Positions 1 through 9,519 of a stretch of 43,070 nucleotides of DNA are shown here, one piece after another. This DNA is from a virus (Duplodnaviria > Caudoviricetes), in IMG/VR virus record IMGVR_UViG_3300032274_000015, positions 1-43,070 of that record; one strand, 5' to 3'. The position numbers and the translations under genes were made by a program. Below the pieces are notes generated by a model. That model did not search any database and was not told the origin of the DNA. It saw only the letters and a program-made list of their open reading frames with translations. Each line of letters starts with the position of its first letter. Within the stretch, counting starts at the first letter, position 1.

Positions 1-229
1 ACAAGCTAGGCTTTGACCAAGGCTGAAACCTTAGCCCAGCCTTAGAGCCTGACTGAGTTCTGTATGTAACAGAGCCGCTAATTGGCATAGAACAAGATGC
101 AAAGCACAAAAGGAAAAGAACACCAACCGTTGCTAGGAGTAACATCTGAATGATCTTACCTACAAGACGTTGCTTGTAAGTAGGTCGTCCACAAAACTCT
201 AAGATTTCGTCTGGTATTCTATTGTTCAT
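1..229 (-). CDS. Partial small lipoprotein-like membrane protein (possible spanin/lysis accessory), runs off the window
   Basis: Manual translation from ATG at 229: MNNRIPDEILEFCGRPTYKQRLVGKIIQMLLLATVGVLFLLCFASCSMPISGSVTYRTQSGSKAGLRFQPWSKPSL. Open to the window edge, with a hydrophobic stretch ending in lipobox-like FASC. Overlaps the stop of the upstream gene. Confidence 0.55.
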   Translation of the reverse strand, partial: MNNRIPDEILEFCGRPTYKQRLVGKIIQMLLLATVGVLFLLCFASCSMPISGSVTYRTQSGSKAGLRFQPWSKPSL

Positions 230-680
230 CGTCTACTGGGGGTAAATCGGAGGGCAAAATAAGATTGTCAACCACACCCAACAACTGGGAAAATGGTAAA
301 TCATTACCTGTGTGAGAATTAGTACCTACAAAATATCTACCACCACGTTCAAGAACTGAATGGTTGGGGCGCATCCATGATGACCATGTATTAACTACTT
401 CCTCGTCGTCTTCGTTTGTGAATGTCGAATCTGGTAATGAACCATCCACTTCGGATGTTACATCGTCAATCTCAATAAACAGGGGGAAGCTTGAAACTTC
501 ACCGCCTTTAGAAACAATAAGTTTAGCGTGGTCAAGCGTGAAGAACTCTTCTTCAATATCGTAAGTGATATTTGTTCCATCACGGTCGGGTTGAACTCCC
601 GCCATTAACGCATACAGCGCGATAGGTTGGACTTCTTGGTCAGTTTGTAAAACCGACATTGGTAGGGTTGCTTTAATCAT
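219..680 (-). CDS. Hypothetical acidic protein in the tail module
   Basis: ORF 219..728; the likely start is ATG at 680, just after the stop of the LamG gene (685). Confidence 0.7.
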   Translation of the reverse strand: MIKATLPMSVLQTDQEVQPIALYALMAGVQPDRDGTNITYDIEEEFFTLDHAKLIVSKGGEVSSFPLFIEIDDVTSEVDGSLPDSTFTNEDDEEVVNTWSSWMRPNHSVLERGGRYFVGTNSHTGNDLPFSQLLGVVDNLILPSDLPPVDDEQ

Positions 681-684
681 GGTG

Positions 685-3561
685 TTATGGGGTTTCTGTG
701 AATTTTTCAACAAGTTCTTTGTCATCACCAGTCAAGTCATCTGCAAAGGTAATGAGTCGGTCATTCTCGGTCGATGATTTAAGCCGCATGTATGCCGCGT
801 CATTGGACGCAAAGTCTGCGCCAAATTCGATTGACTCTAAATCTGGATTGTTGTTTGTTTCTGGCGATGGGTTGTCACCCTCTGCGATATTGTATGCGTC
901 CAGCTCAGTCTCTGCGCCGTTGTAGCCGTCTGTGATGGCTGGGTTGGTGAGAGTGTCGCCGTAAACGTCTTTCGTTGGGTCTGATGTATCGGCGGGTATG
1001 CGGAGCAATGCGGGCGAGCCATTTACCGTGCCGTCGTTGCTTCCGATTTGATCTGTCCAGTCTGCATCGGTGTTTCCGTTACCCGTATATGTAGCAACTC
1101 CGTTTATGCTGATGTCATACATGGTTCCAGATAGGGACACCGAGCCTCTCTCTCCCACTAAAACATTATTGGAGTTAGTTGTTAAAGTGCAAGCGTCTGT
1201 GACTGACCGCACCTCCACGTCATCCACATAAATTTTCCACGTAGTGCCGTTAAATGTGCATCTTATTTTTGCCTTTGTGTTATTGGTTAGAGTGGGTGCT
1301 GATGCCGTGATGCCTTTTAATACAGTGCTTTCGTATCCGAAAAATCGTATGCCTGAATTGTAGTCTATGTTCCAGTTTGTTGTGGTTCCTGTCCCCTTCC
1401 CTACAAATTCATGGGAATTTGTATTGTCATCTATTAACGCATGGAGTGTTATGTCGATATTGTTGGTAAAATCGAAGTCGGCAGAATTGCCCAAATTTAC
1501 ATAATCATCCACACCATCAAACAGCATCCGCTTGCTGAATCCGTTGTTATTATTCAGCGCATTCTCCTCGCCGTCTATCCTGCCAGCCCAAAAGCCCGCG
1601 CCTTCCGTAGCGGTGGTGGCATTAACTAATGTGGCTGGTCTGTTGTTACCAGATACATCGTGTAGCGCGGCACCAACACCCTCACCAAATACATGACGAT
1701 ACGCCGCATCCCCGTTGTCATAATCCGTCTCATCGGAATATAAAGCAACCTCACCAAGTTCAAGCACAGAGCTATCCGTGTGTCCTGCGAATGACCAATA
1801 GCGTGTTCTTGCCTGTCCCCAGTCACCGATGGGAATACCAACTGAATCAACACCCCTCCATGCCGAGCCGTTGAGTGACATTTCTACATTGGCTACGTCG
1901 ATTTTCCACCTGACGGCAAGCGTGTTCCACTGGTCAAAGAAATCATCCGTAATATCCCAATAAGGATATGTTCCTGTGTTGCCAAAAATTCGCAACTCCA
2001 TCGCATCATGATAAACGCGCAATCTCGGGCCGAATCCAGAACCACCATTTCCTGCGTGAGAGTGGTTTACTAAATACGTGATCTTACCTGCGGCTTTTGT
2101 GACCTTGAATTTGAGGTATGTAATGTTGTTAGTTCGAGTCAAAACATCCGTGTGACCGTCAATCCGATCATCAACACCATCAGGCTTGCCACAATAACTA
2201 TCCCGATACTCTGGTCTGCGCGGGTAGACGCTCCCGCTGTATTGGAGCGGGTTGCCGTCGATGTCGTTTGCCGGGTCGCTTTCGTCGCGTGGCAATAGTA
2301 AGTTTTCTGGCGATCCGTTTACTGTGCCATTATTGCTTCCGATTTGATCAGTCCAATTCGCATCTGTGTTGCCGTAGCCGTTGTAGCTGGAAAGTAAAAC
2401 ATCGTCAAGGTATAGGTTGCAGTCAAAAATTAAACCTTCCCACCAAAGAGAGTTGTCACCTCTTGCCCCAATAAATACATTTGAAACTGAGTCACCATAC
2501 ACGCCAACTGGCGAACCAATATTGACTGAGGCATCTTCAACACCATTAATGATTACTGTAGCGGTATCTTGACTGAATTTTACATCAATGTCGTAGATTT
2601 GCCCTTCGGATAATACAACACTGCTCAAGATGGTGCGATAGGTAGATGTGGAGCCATTTTGCTTGATCACAATCCGAAGTTTATTGTTTGTGTCAGTGTT
2701 AACCACCCAGCCCCCTGTTGCACCACCTTGGGAAACTATAACTCTTGGATTACCACCAACTTCGATTTTTGCTGTGATGCGGATTTCTGCGCCAGACACA
2801 TTCAGAAAGGATGCTCCCAAATCAACAAAATCATTCACCCCATCAAACAGCATCCTGCGGCTGAATCCCTCAAGATTAAGCTTGTCTGCCTCTGGTGGCA
2901 ACGTGTTATCAACCACAAACGCCGCACCGTTTTGAAGTGTGCCGTGATTACCGTTTCCGCTGGAGTCGTATGCGGTCGTTCCGCTGGCGTGGTTGAGGTT
3001 GTATTGGTTGTCATTTATGACGAAGTTTGACACGCTACCATTCAACCAGTTCGTCGTTCTGCTGTAATGTGTTCCGATTGACCTTGCGCTGCTTGCAGGC
3101 CGACAAGAACCTAATGAAACAGACGGTGAAGCGACACCATCCACCCAACAAATTAAGTGCGAATTTTCGACTAATTCCCATTCGATAAAATGCCACACGC
3201 CCGCTGTGACAGTTCCTGCACTCTGTGCGAACACCACACTTGAGCCGCCTATGATTCTCAAAGCACCTCCAGAGATATACACATACCCATGAGATACAGC
3301 GCCGCCGTGATTGTAAATACCTTGCTGGGTTGTGATCTCGTCAAATTTAATCCAGCATGAGCCAGAAAAATCAACTCCGATACTTTCTGAAAGTAAAACG
3401 TAATCATCAACACCGTCAAACTCGCAGACTTGCCCTTGTTGGACTGGTCGCGTGGATGCTGGCGCGAGGCTAGAAACCGTTGGGAATAGTTTGAGGATAC
3501 GGCTATACAGCCCCGAAAGAATAGAGGAGACCGTGTTTAAGCCTAATGCGTTTTTTAGCAT
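685..3561 (-). CDS. Tail fibre/adhesin with multiple LamG (concanavalin-like) domains
   Basis: 958 aa. Repeated FDGV(D/N)D(Y/F)V starts, GTTAYDSSGNGNHGTLQNGA and a duplicated WTDQIGSN.GTVNGSP module, typical of phage LamG-repeat proteins. Confidence 0.8.
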   Translation of the reverse strand: MLKNALGLNTVSSILSGLYSRILKLFPTVSSLAPASTRPVQQGQVCEFDGVDDYVLLSESIGVDFSGSCWIKFDEITTQQGIYNHGGAVSHGYVYISGGALRIIGGSSVVFAQSAGTVTAGVWHFIEWELVENSHLICWVDGVASPSVSLGSCRPASSARSIGTHYSRTTNWLNGSVSNFVINDNQYNLNHASGTTAYDSSGNGNHGTLQNGAAFVVDNTLPPEADKLNLEGFSRRMLFDGVNDFVDLGASFLNVSGAEIRITAKIEVGGNPRVIVSQGGATGGWVVNTDTNNKLRIVIKQNGSTSTYRTILSSVVLSEGQIYDIDVKFSQDTATVIINGVEDASVNIGSPVGVYGDSVSNVFIGARGDNSLWWEGLIFDCNLYLDDVLLSSYNGYGNTDANWTDQIGSNNGTVNGSPENLLLPRDESDPANDIDGNPLQYSGSVYPRRPEYRDSYCGKPDGVDDRIDGHTDVLTRTNNITYLKFKVTKAAGKITYLVNHSHAGNGGSGFGPRLRVYHDAMELRIFGNTGTYPYWDITDDFFDQWNTLAVRWKIDVANVEMSLNGSAWRGVDSVGIPIGDWGQARTRYWSFAGHTDSSVLELGEVALYSDETDYDNGDAAYRHVFGEGVGAALHDVSGNNRPATLVNATTATEGAGFWAGRIDGEENALNNNNGFSKRMLFDGVDDYVNLGNSADFDFTNNIDITLHALIDDNTNSHEFVGKGTGTTTNWNIDYNSGIRFFGYESTVLKGITASAPTLTNNTKAKIRCTFNGTTWKIYVDDVEVRSVTDACTLTTNSNNVLVGERGSVSLSGTMYDISINGVATYTGNGNTDADWTDQIGSNDGTVNGSPALLRIPADTSDPTKDVYGDTLTNPAITDGYNGAETELDAYNIAEGDNPSPETNNNPDLESIEFGADFASNDAAYMRLKSSTENDRLITFADDLTGDDKELVEKFTETP

Positions 3562-3586
3562 AGTGTGTTACCCTGTGTCTTTATAT

Positions 3587-3847
3587 CTACGCTTGGTTGT
3601 AGGCAACAACAGAACCCGTAGCCAAAGTGAATCCCGTGATCTGCCCGTAAAGGACGTAACCTGCGGGGTATGTAGGTGTGGTTCCGTTGTCCCCAGAAGA
3701 ACTTAACTCAGCCCACGTTAGTGCGGAAAGAGTAGACTCTTCAATGAAAGATATGGCACAGAAATCGCCAGCTACTGCCCCTGTCGAAGGGGTTGCTATG
3801 ATGGCTCCGCTCTGCCCGAAAGATTGTTTTTCGATAGTGCTAGGCAT
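3587..3847 (-). CDS. Small virion structural protein (beta-rich)
   Basis: 86 aa, tightly packed in the tail operon; C-terminal PAGYVLYGQITGFTLATGSVVAY pattern. Confidence 0.65.
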   Translation of the reverse strand: MPSTIEKQSFGQSGAIIATPSTGAVAGDFCAISFIEESTLSALTWAELSSSGDNGTTPTYPAGYVLYGQITGFTLATGSVVAYNQA

Positions 3848-3853
3848 GGTATA

Positions 3854-5017
3854 TTATAGTTTAGTGATGATAAGTTGGGCTTCGGATATTGTCAGAGATG
3901 TTCCCCCGTCCGTGGACGATTGATACACAACCACAACATCATTAGCGTCTAAGGAAAGGATACCGTGAAGGGATACGTTTGTCGAATCATTTGCTGATCC
4001 TACTTCTTCCTCCGCGGCGATCCCTGTAGCAACAAAAGTGGAGGCTGAGTTATCATACTGGTAGAGCTCAAATCGGTAAGTTTTGTTATGGTCACCTTCC
4101 GCGGTAACTGAAGCACTCACTTGGTAAACGCCTGTTGAATCGGAAACCTCGATCCCGTTGAGGGTCGCATGGTTCGGGTTCAGGGTTGAGCTAAGGCCAT
4201 TTGTGTCCCAAGATATTATAGCCCTAGGAGTAGCATCCACTGATGCCTCTGCGATAGTATTTGCTGTAGTGTATAGGGCACCATATTGAGTATCCACTAC
4301 GTCCTTGACGAAAGCTGTGGTAGCCAACTTTGTAGAGTCGTCGGTAGAAGCTTGTGTTGGGGCTGTAGGGTTGCCTGTTAAGGAAGGGGACGCAAGGGGT
4401 GCGAGGGATCCTATCTCCCCTTGTACAAAAGCTGTGGTGGCTACCTTAGTTGTGCTGTCTGAAGAGGATGGGGTTGGTGCCGCTGGAGTTCCTGTAAAGG
4501 TAGGGGACGCAAGAGGTGCAAATGACCCCATCTCATTCTGGACGAACTCAGTCGTAGCTACCTTAGTTGTGTTGTCTGAGGCGGCTGGAGTTGGGGCTAC
4601 AGGTGTCCCTGTAAAGGTAGGGGATGCAAGGGGTGCGAAAGAAAGTAGCTCCCCTTGAACGTAAGCTGTAGTGGCGATAAGTGTGGAGTCATCGCCTCCT
4701 GATGGGGTGGGTGCTGATGGGGTGCCTGTTAGCGTCCCGTCTGCTAAGGGGGTAAAATCAGCTAAGGCATCCTGAACAAAGGCAGTGCTAGCCGCTGATG
4801 TGGAATCATTTGATTTTGTAAGAGTAGGGACATCAATCGCCCCCGTGGTCAAATCGACGGACCCCCCTGTTATGGTAGGGGATGCGTGATTGTTACCCGA
4901 ACCGAAAGAAACTCCATCGATAGAACCCCCCGAGACATTTACGTTGTCAGAGTTTTGAACTCCCATTGTGCCTGCCGTAGCGACATCCGATATTATTACA
5001 GTTATGTTATCACTCAT
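3854..5017 (-). CDS. Tail fibre protein
   Basis: Four to five repeats of APLASPTFTGTPxAPTPxxxDxTTKVATTAFV, a common phage tail-fibre shaft repeat, followed by a beta-sandwich-like C-terminus. Confidence 0.85.
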   Translation of the reverse strand: MSDNITVIISDVATAGTMGVQNSDNVNVSGGSIDGVSFGSGNNHASPTITGGSVDLTTGAIDVPTLTKSNDSTSAASTAFVQDALADFTPLADGTLTGTPSAPTPSGGDDSTLIATTAYVQGELLSFAPLASPTFTGTPVAPTPAASDNTTKVATTEFVQNEMGSFAPLASPTFTGTPAAPTPSSSDSTTKVATTAFVQGEIGSLAPLASPSLTGNPTAPTQASTDDSTKLATTAFVKDVVDTQYGALYTTANTIAEASVDATPRAIISWDTNGLSSTLNPNHATLNGIEVSDSTGVYQVSASVTAEGDHNKTYRFELYQYDNSASTFVATGIAAEEEVGSANDSTNVSLHGILSLDANDVVVVYQSSTDGGTSLTISEAQLIITKL

Positions 5018-5019
5018 GA

Positions 5020-5358
5020 TTACAAGGAAGTCCTTTCTTTCTCGATGTTTATATTCCCACGTAACACTCGAGTTGTGCCACTAGGTCGTGTCATAATGAC
5101 GTCGTATTTGTAGTCCAATCCAGAACGGAGGGCCTTGGTATCCGATGGGCTTAGGCTTAACTCAAAAACACCCGAACCAGAAGAGGTCTCAGATGTAGTA
5201 AAAGATGTAATAACCTTACCCCCCTCTACCAGACGTATGTCAGAAGCCAGTGCGGAAATGTCGCTAACTGGATCACCATTCGCCAACGCGAAAGTGGACA
5301 CAAACGAGAAGTTCGTGTCCCTTTCGATAGTTAGCGGGTGGTTAGTCGTGGAAGGCAT
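5020..5358 (-). CDS. Tail fibre attachment/adaptor-like protein (BppU N-terminal-like)
   Basis: 112 aa with LSLSPSDT...YKYDVIMTRPSGTTRVLRGNINI pattern; lies directly upstream of the tail fibre gene. Confidence 0.6.
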   Translation of the reverse strand: MPSTTNHPLTIERDTNFSFVSTFALANGDPVSDISALASDIRLVEGGKVITSFTTSETSSGSGVFELSLSPSDTKALRSGLDYKYDVIMTRPSGTTRVLRGNINIEKERTSL

Positions 5359-5361
5359 ATG

Positions 5362-6168
5362 CTATACATACCCCTTTGTTCGATACAGTTTAAGGGCAAA
5401 CTGGTTAGGTGACAGACTCGCGTTCTCTGGGTCAGCGAGCATTTCACTGATCTCGGCCAGCTTCCTCTTATCCATGGATGACTTGGGGTCAAACTTACCG
5501 CCATGGACCGTCTTAAATAATTCGATAGCCTTCTGAGGGTCAGCTTCTGCTGGTTCAGGTTGAGCTTCGGGTTCAGCTTTTGCTGGTTCAGCTTTTGCTG
5601 GTTCAGCTTTTGCTGGTTCAGCTTTTGCTGGTTCAGCTTTTGCTGGTTCAGCTTTTGCTGGTTCAGCTTTGGATGACCTAAACACTCCTTCCGCCCTCAT
5701 TTTCTTTTGGGCTGGGCTATCTTCTTGCGGGTTGGTATCATCGAGGCCAGTAGCATCAAACTCATCGAGAAAGGGAGATTTCTCTGGTTTGATTATGTCT
5801 TCGACGGCTTGCCCAAAAGTCCGTTCATCAGAAGTCTTTGGTTCTTCTTGGGAGTCGAGATGTGCTTGGGCTCCCTCACCTATTTTTTTAAGGCCCCTGC
5901 CAGCGTCCGCGGCATACTTGCCTTGCAACCGAGCTAATGCCAAAGGTGTAGGTAATTCAAACCCCTCTTGGGAGGTGGACGATTTCCCCACTTCGACACT
6001 TGGGATAATTCTCTGTGCCCCTTCACCTAAGCCCTCAAGAGTCGATCCCATCACTTTATTGGCGTCAGCCGACGCGGCAATGGCCAGTCGTTCTAGGGAG
6101 TTAAAAAATTTTGATGCGGAATCCTCATCAAGGCCCGTCTCCCGCGCTATCTGTTGTATTAAAGACAT
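5362..6168 (-). CDS. Hypothetical protein with KAEPA pentapeptide repeats
   Basis: ORF 5362..6201; the likely start is ATG at 6168, downstream of the capsid terminator. Confidence 0.7.
   Translation of the reverse strand: MSLIQQIARETGLDEDSASKFFNSLERLAIAASADANKVMGSTLEGLGEGAQRIIPSVEVGKSSTSQEGFELPTPLALARLQGKYAADAGRGLKKIGEGAQAHLDSQEEPKTSDERTFGQAVEDIIKPEKSPFLDEFDATGLDDTNPQEDSPAQKKMRAEGVFRSSKAEPAKAEPAKAEPAKAEPAKAEPAKAEPAKAEPEAQPEPAEADPQKAIELFKTVHGGKFDPKSSMDKRKLAEISEMLADPENASLSPNQFALKLYRTKGYV
5570..5670. repeat. 15-bp coding tandem repeat (GGTTCAGCTTTTGCT, about 6.7 units)
   Basis: Perfect tandem copies encoding KAEPA. Confidence 0.95.
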
Positions 6169-6179
6169 GGTAAATTTAG

Positions 6180-6222
6180 TAAAAGTTAAACACCACCCCA
6201 CCCCCGAAGGGGCGAAGTGGTG
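6180..6222 (-). terminator. Rho-independent terminator after the major capsid gene
   Basis: Minus strand reads CACCACTTCGCCCC-TTCG-GGGGTGGGTGGTG then TTTAACTTTT; cUUCGg tetraloop. Confidence 0.8.
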
Positions 6223-6231
6223 AAGGTTAAC

Positions 6232-7605
6232 TTAGGCGGCTGGTGTAGCCGAGTCGCGCTTGAATAGGATCACGAAGCCATACTGGGTCTTGATCGGCTT
6301 GGAAGCTGATGCTAGGACACCGCGGAAGAAACCAACGGTTCCATCTGGGTTAGTAGTGGCATGTGGGATGTTCAACCAGTTGAACTTACCTTTGTAATCA
6401 ACAGGATCAAAAGTGATACCATTTGATCCACCGAATGGGTTAGGAATCTGGGACTCCATTACCTCTGAGTGACACACGAAGGCGGCCTCAATTGGTGCAG
6501 TATCATAAGCAGGGTTGTCTGCTACGATTCCACTTGCGGTGGTGTAAGGAAGAACGCGAGTAAGTGCTCCAGAGCTAATTGTAAAGCGTGGGGCAAGATC
6601 GTCTACCAAGTGGTAGAATCCGCGGAAGGACTTCTCAACACCAAGAGGTGCGATGAGGTCACTCACTGCGGACTGATTGTATCTTACGTCGTCGCGGAAC
6701 TCAGCTTCAGTTTGTAGCTGATACGAAGCTTCCGAAGAACAGATGAGACCAAACACAGGGCGTCCATTCTCCCGACCGTAGGCGTTACGTCCAGCACCTT
6801 TACGGACGCTGTTGAAGTAAACCTTGTCGAGGATGGCATTCGAGATGTTAGCCGCAGGGCTAATGTCTGAGTTGCTTGCTCCTGATGTTGCGAGGTCGAG
6901 TCCGTCGATGGAGTTATCAAGGGAAACACCCTCGAAAGAATCATCAGCGGTACCGTCTCCGTCTCCGTCAACTGTAGATAGGATTGCAGTGCCAGAGGCA
7001 AGGCAAGAAACCAAGTTTTCAGAAACACGCTCATACTCGTCGCGGTAGCGGTTTTCCCAAGTGTAAGCAGTAGCCTCGGTCATCAGATCCATGATGGCAC
7101 GGATTTGATCCTGACGATGTGCGGCGAAGCGGAGGTCCTCAAGCGAGAGCTTAGGAGACTCGACCGATGCACGGCGTAGGTTGTAAGACTTAATCTTCTT
7201 ACTGAAGTTGATGTAAGAACGGGTATCCTGATCCGTGAGATCGCCGTCGCCGTCTAGATCACCACCAGCGGCACCTGCGTGTTGCTTGGAAGCCTTAGCC
7301 AATGGCTGGGTTCCAGTAACCACAGAACTGTTGAGAGTGTCAGAAGACTCAGTGATAGCGATGTCATGCCAGTTAACGCCCGCGGTGTTACCAGCGGAAG
7401 CGGTAGTAGGCAGGGCACGGTCATAAATAAGTGTCTGCTGTGTGTAGCCCGTTCCCTCGGGGAACGGAGTTTGTTTAATAAGGTCCATCCACGGTGAAGT
7501 GTGGAGGGTCGTTTTGTGGATGTCGGAACCGATGCGACCAGCCTCTTGGACGAGTGCGGCATCAATAGCGGACAAACCAGTATCTGAAGAAGATGCGAAT
7601 GACAT
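6232..7605 (-). CDS. Major capsid protein
   Basis: 457 aa, follows portal and scaffold, has its own promoter and terminator; composition and synteny fit an HK97-fold capsid protein. Confidence 0.75.
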   Translation of the reverse strand: MSFASSSDTGLSAIDAALVQEAGRIGSDIHKTTLHTSPWMDLIKQTPFPEGTGYTQQTLIYDRALPTTASAGNTAGVNWHDIAITESSDTLNSSVVTGTQPLAKASKQHAGAAGGDLDGDGDLTDQDTRSYINFSKKIKSYNLRRASVESPKLSLEDLRFAAHRQDQIRAIMDLMTEATAYTWENRYRDEYERVSENLVSCLASGTAILSTVDGDGDGTADDSFEGVSLDNSIDGLDLATSGASNSDISPAANISNAILDKVYFNSVRKGAGRNAYGRENGRPVFGLICSSEASYQLQTEAEFRDDVRYNQSAVSDLIAPLGVEKSFRGFYHLVDDLAPRFTISSGALTRVLPYTTASGIVADNPAYDTAPIEAAFVCHSEVMESQIPNPFGGSNGITFDPVDYKGKFNWLNIPHATTNPDGTVGFFRGVLASASKPIKTQYGFVILFKRDSATPAA

Positions 7606-7685
7606 GATATTGTAGTAGTATGGTGTTAAAGTAAGTCACATAGCCTGCGATTCAGGCTGATGTATAGATTGTTTGTATCGGGCGA

Positions 7686-7830
7686 ATACCTACTTCTTTA
7701 GAACTTGTTGTGAGGCAAGAGCAACCATACGAGGTATCCTATGTCTTTTGTGGCAATAGCCATCTGTGGATTGGTTGGGTTTTACTTCTTAGAACTCGTT
7801 AATGGCGAGAGCAACCAGAAGTTGAAACCC
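7686..7830 (-). promoter_or_regulatory. Tandem structured motif in the capsid gene 5' leader (candidate cis-regulatory RNA)
   Basis: Two copies of TGGTTGCT-CTYG-CC-N3/4-AA-CRAG-TTCTAA(A)GAAGTA with a covarying inner stem and different outer stems. Confidence 0.55.
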
Positions 7831-7847
7831 TTGTAATCTACAAACGC

Positions 7848-7876
7848 ATACTAATGGATAAAATCCTGTGGGTCAA
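7848..7876 (-). promoter_or_regulatory. Sigma70-type promoter for the capsid gene
   Basis: TTGACC-17 nt-TAGTAT on the minus strand. Confidence 0.7.
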
Positions 7877-7884
7877 CACCTATT

Positions 7885-9117
7885 TTAAACCGATCCGATT
7901 TGCCTCTCCAATGCCTCTGCGAATGAACCTTTGGGGGAACTCGCGGCGGGGGTGGTATTACTCGGGGTACCTGATAAATTAGGTTCGGCATCGGCATATT
8001 CTGCTAGTTGGCCTGTAAGGGCATCATTTTCTTTTTGGGAAACCATGAGCTCCCGAACAATACGGGGGAGCAACTGTGCGGCCACTGCTTGGTATGCAAA
8101 ATCAACTGGGTGGACAACGGAAGGGTCTACTGACGCCGCGCTCTCTTGCACGGCATCTAAATCGAGATCCGAAAACCCACTTAGGAATGGTAGCTTCTCA
8201 CTGATTCTTCCAACAACATTCCGTGTAGCATTACTTCGATTGGTTGCCCTCTCAGCGGCGGCGATATTCTCTTGCTGTTCCGTAACGAGTTTAGCCTCTT
8301 GGAGGGCTTTTTCGGCGTTCTCGTGTAGGCTGTCGCGCCTAGCTAGAATTGGGTCTACCTCTGCGGCGAGGCGGTAGAAGATAGCCTTGTCACGATCTGA
8401 TGCCTCAGGTAAGAGTTCTGATACTCTCTCCTCCTGTGTGGCTTCGTCCTCAATGGAGAGGGCTTCAGCTAAGGCCTCGGGGTCAACTTCATAACGCTCC
8501 GCTAAACTACTGACCCCCGTGAATATCTCGTCGAGGGGGTCGAGGACTGCGGATTTATATGCGTCCGTGGATTCCAGATCAGTGATCATACGCTCTTGGT
8601 CAAACGTAGCAATACGTTGCTTCAAAGCATCAACTGTATCGTCCCCCACGACACCTTCGAGTTCCTTAATCCTTGCCTCGGCAACGGTGGCACGTTGGAT
8701 CAGGTCCTCCCTTTCTGTTACGTGGCTCTTTAATTCACCCTTCAATCGCTGGAAAGCTGAGGCGGCCTTAGGTGTCCAGTCTTCTGGGACATCCCCCTCA
8801 AGGGATTCGAGTAGATCTGGTGCTGGTGTGTTGTCACCTTCAGGTGCTGGTGTGTTGTCACCTTCAGGTGCTGGTGTGTTGTCACCTTCAGGTGCTGGTG
8901 TGTTGTCACCTTCAGGTGCTGGTGTGTTGTCACCTTCAGGTGCTGGTGTGTTGTTGCCGCCATTTAATGCGTTCTCTAAAGCCTGATCAAATGAAAACTC
9001 CCCGAAGCCCATATCCTCTGTGGCTGGGATACCATCAACAGGGTTTGGTGTGGAGGCTACATCTGTGGGCTCAGGTGCGGGGGTGGTGTCTACGGTAGGG
9101 GATTCAGGGTTGGTCAT
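7885..9117 (-). CDS. Capsid assembly scaffolding protein
   Basis: Acidic, coiled-coil-rich 410 aa protein with a disordered N-terminus, between portal and capsid genes. Confidence 0.7.
   Translation of the reverse strand: MTNPESPTVDTTPAPEPTDVASTPNPVDGIPATEDMGFGEFSFDQALENALNGGNNTPAPEGDNTPAPEGDNTPAPEGDNTPAPEGDNTPAPEGDNTPAPDLLESLEGDVPEDWTPKAASAFQRLKGELKSHVTEREDLIQRATVAEARIKELEGVVGDDTVDALKQRIATFDQERMITDLESTDAYKSAVLDPLDEIFTGVSSLAERYEVDPEALAEALSIEDEATQEERVSELLPEASDRDKAIFYRLAAEVDPILARRDSLHENAEKALQEAKLVTEQQENIAAAERATNRSNATRNVVGRISEKLPFLSGFSDLDLDAVQESAASVDPSVVHPVDFAYQAVAAQLLPRIVRELMVSQKENDALTGQLAEYADAEPNLSGTPSNTTPAASSPKGSFAEALERQIGSV
8819..8955. repeat. 24-bp coding tandem repeat (TPAPEGDN, about 5.5 units)
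   Basis: Perfect GGTGCTGGTGTGTTGTCACCTTCA copies. Confidence 0.95.
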
Positions 9118-9129
9118 GGTTTTTGATGG

Positions 9130-9459
9130 TTATATGTTATCTTGGATATAGTTCCACTCTGAGAGTGCGGGGTTGGTTTCAGGTTGTCCTGTGGGTAGGG
9201 TTAGTCTCTGGAGATCACGGAAAGCGTCACAGTAGCCTGCGTACCATGTGTGGCTGACAGCGTTTTCATGTTCCGTAGCTAAGGATGTGCGTGATGGTCT
9301 ACCTGCCTCTTTCAAGGAAACTGCGGCTAATACAAAAGTATCCGACGTAATAAGCTCCCTAAGAGCGGATCCGTTAGCGGGGTTTTGATGCCATAATGGC
9401 AAGTCGATTGGGTTTACCTGTTTAACAGGCATTGGTTTTGGTGGGTTCTTCCTGAACAT
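9130..9459 (-). CDS. Hypothetical head-module protein
   Basis: 109 aa ORF between portal and scaffold, the usual position of a small head gene in podoviruses. Confidence 0.65.
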   Translation of the reverse strand: MFRKNPPKPMPVKQVNPIDLPLWHQNPANGSALRELITSDTFVLAAVSLKEAGRPSRTSLATEHENAVSHTWYAGYCDAFRDLQRLTLPTGQPETNPALSEWNYIQDNI

Positions 9460-9519
9460 TAGGATTCGCGTTGGTTGATTCCTTGGTATGCACCAAGTGA
9501 CACGGCTGTTGGTGTGCCG

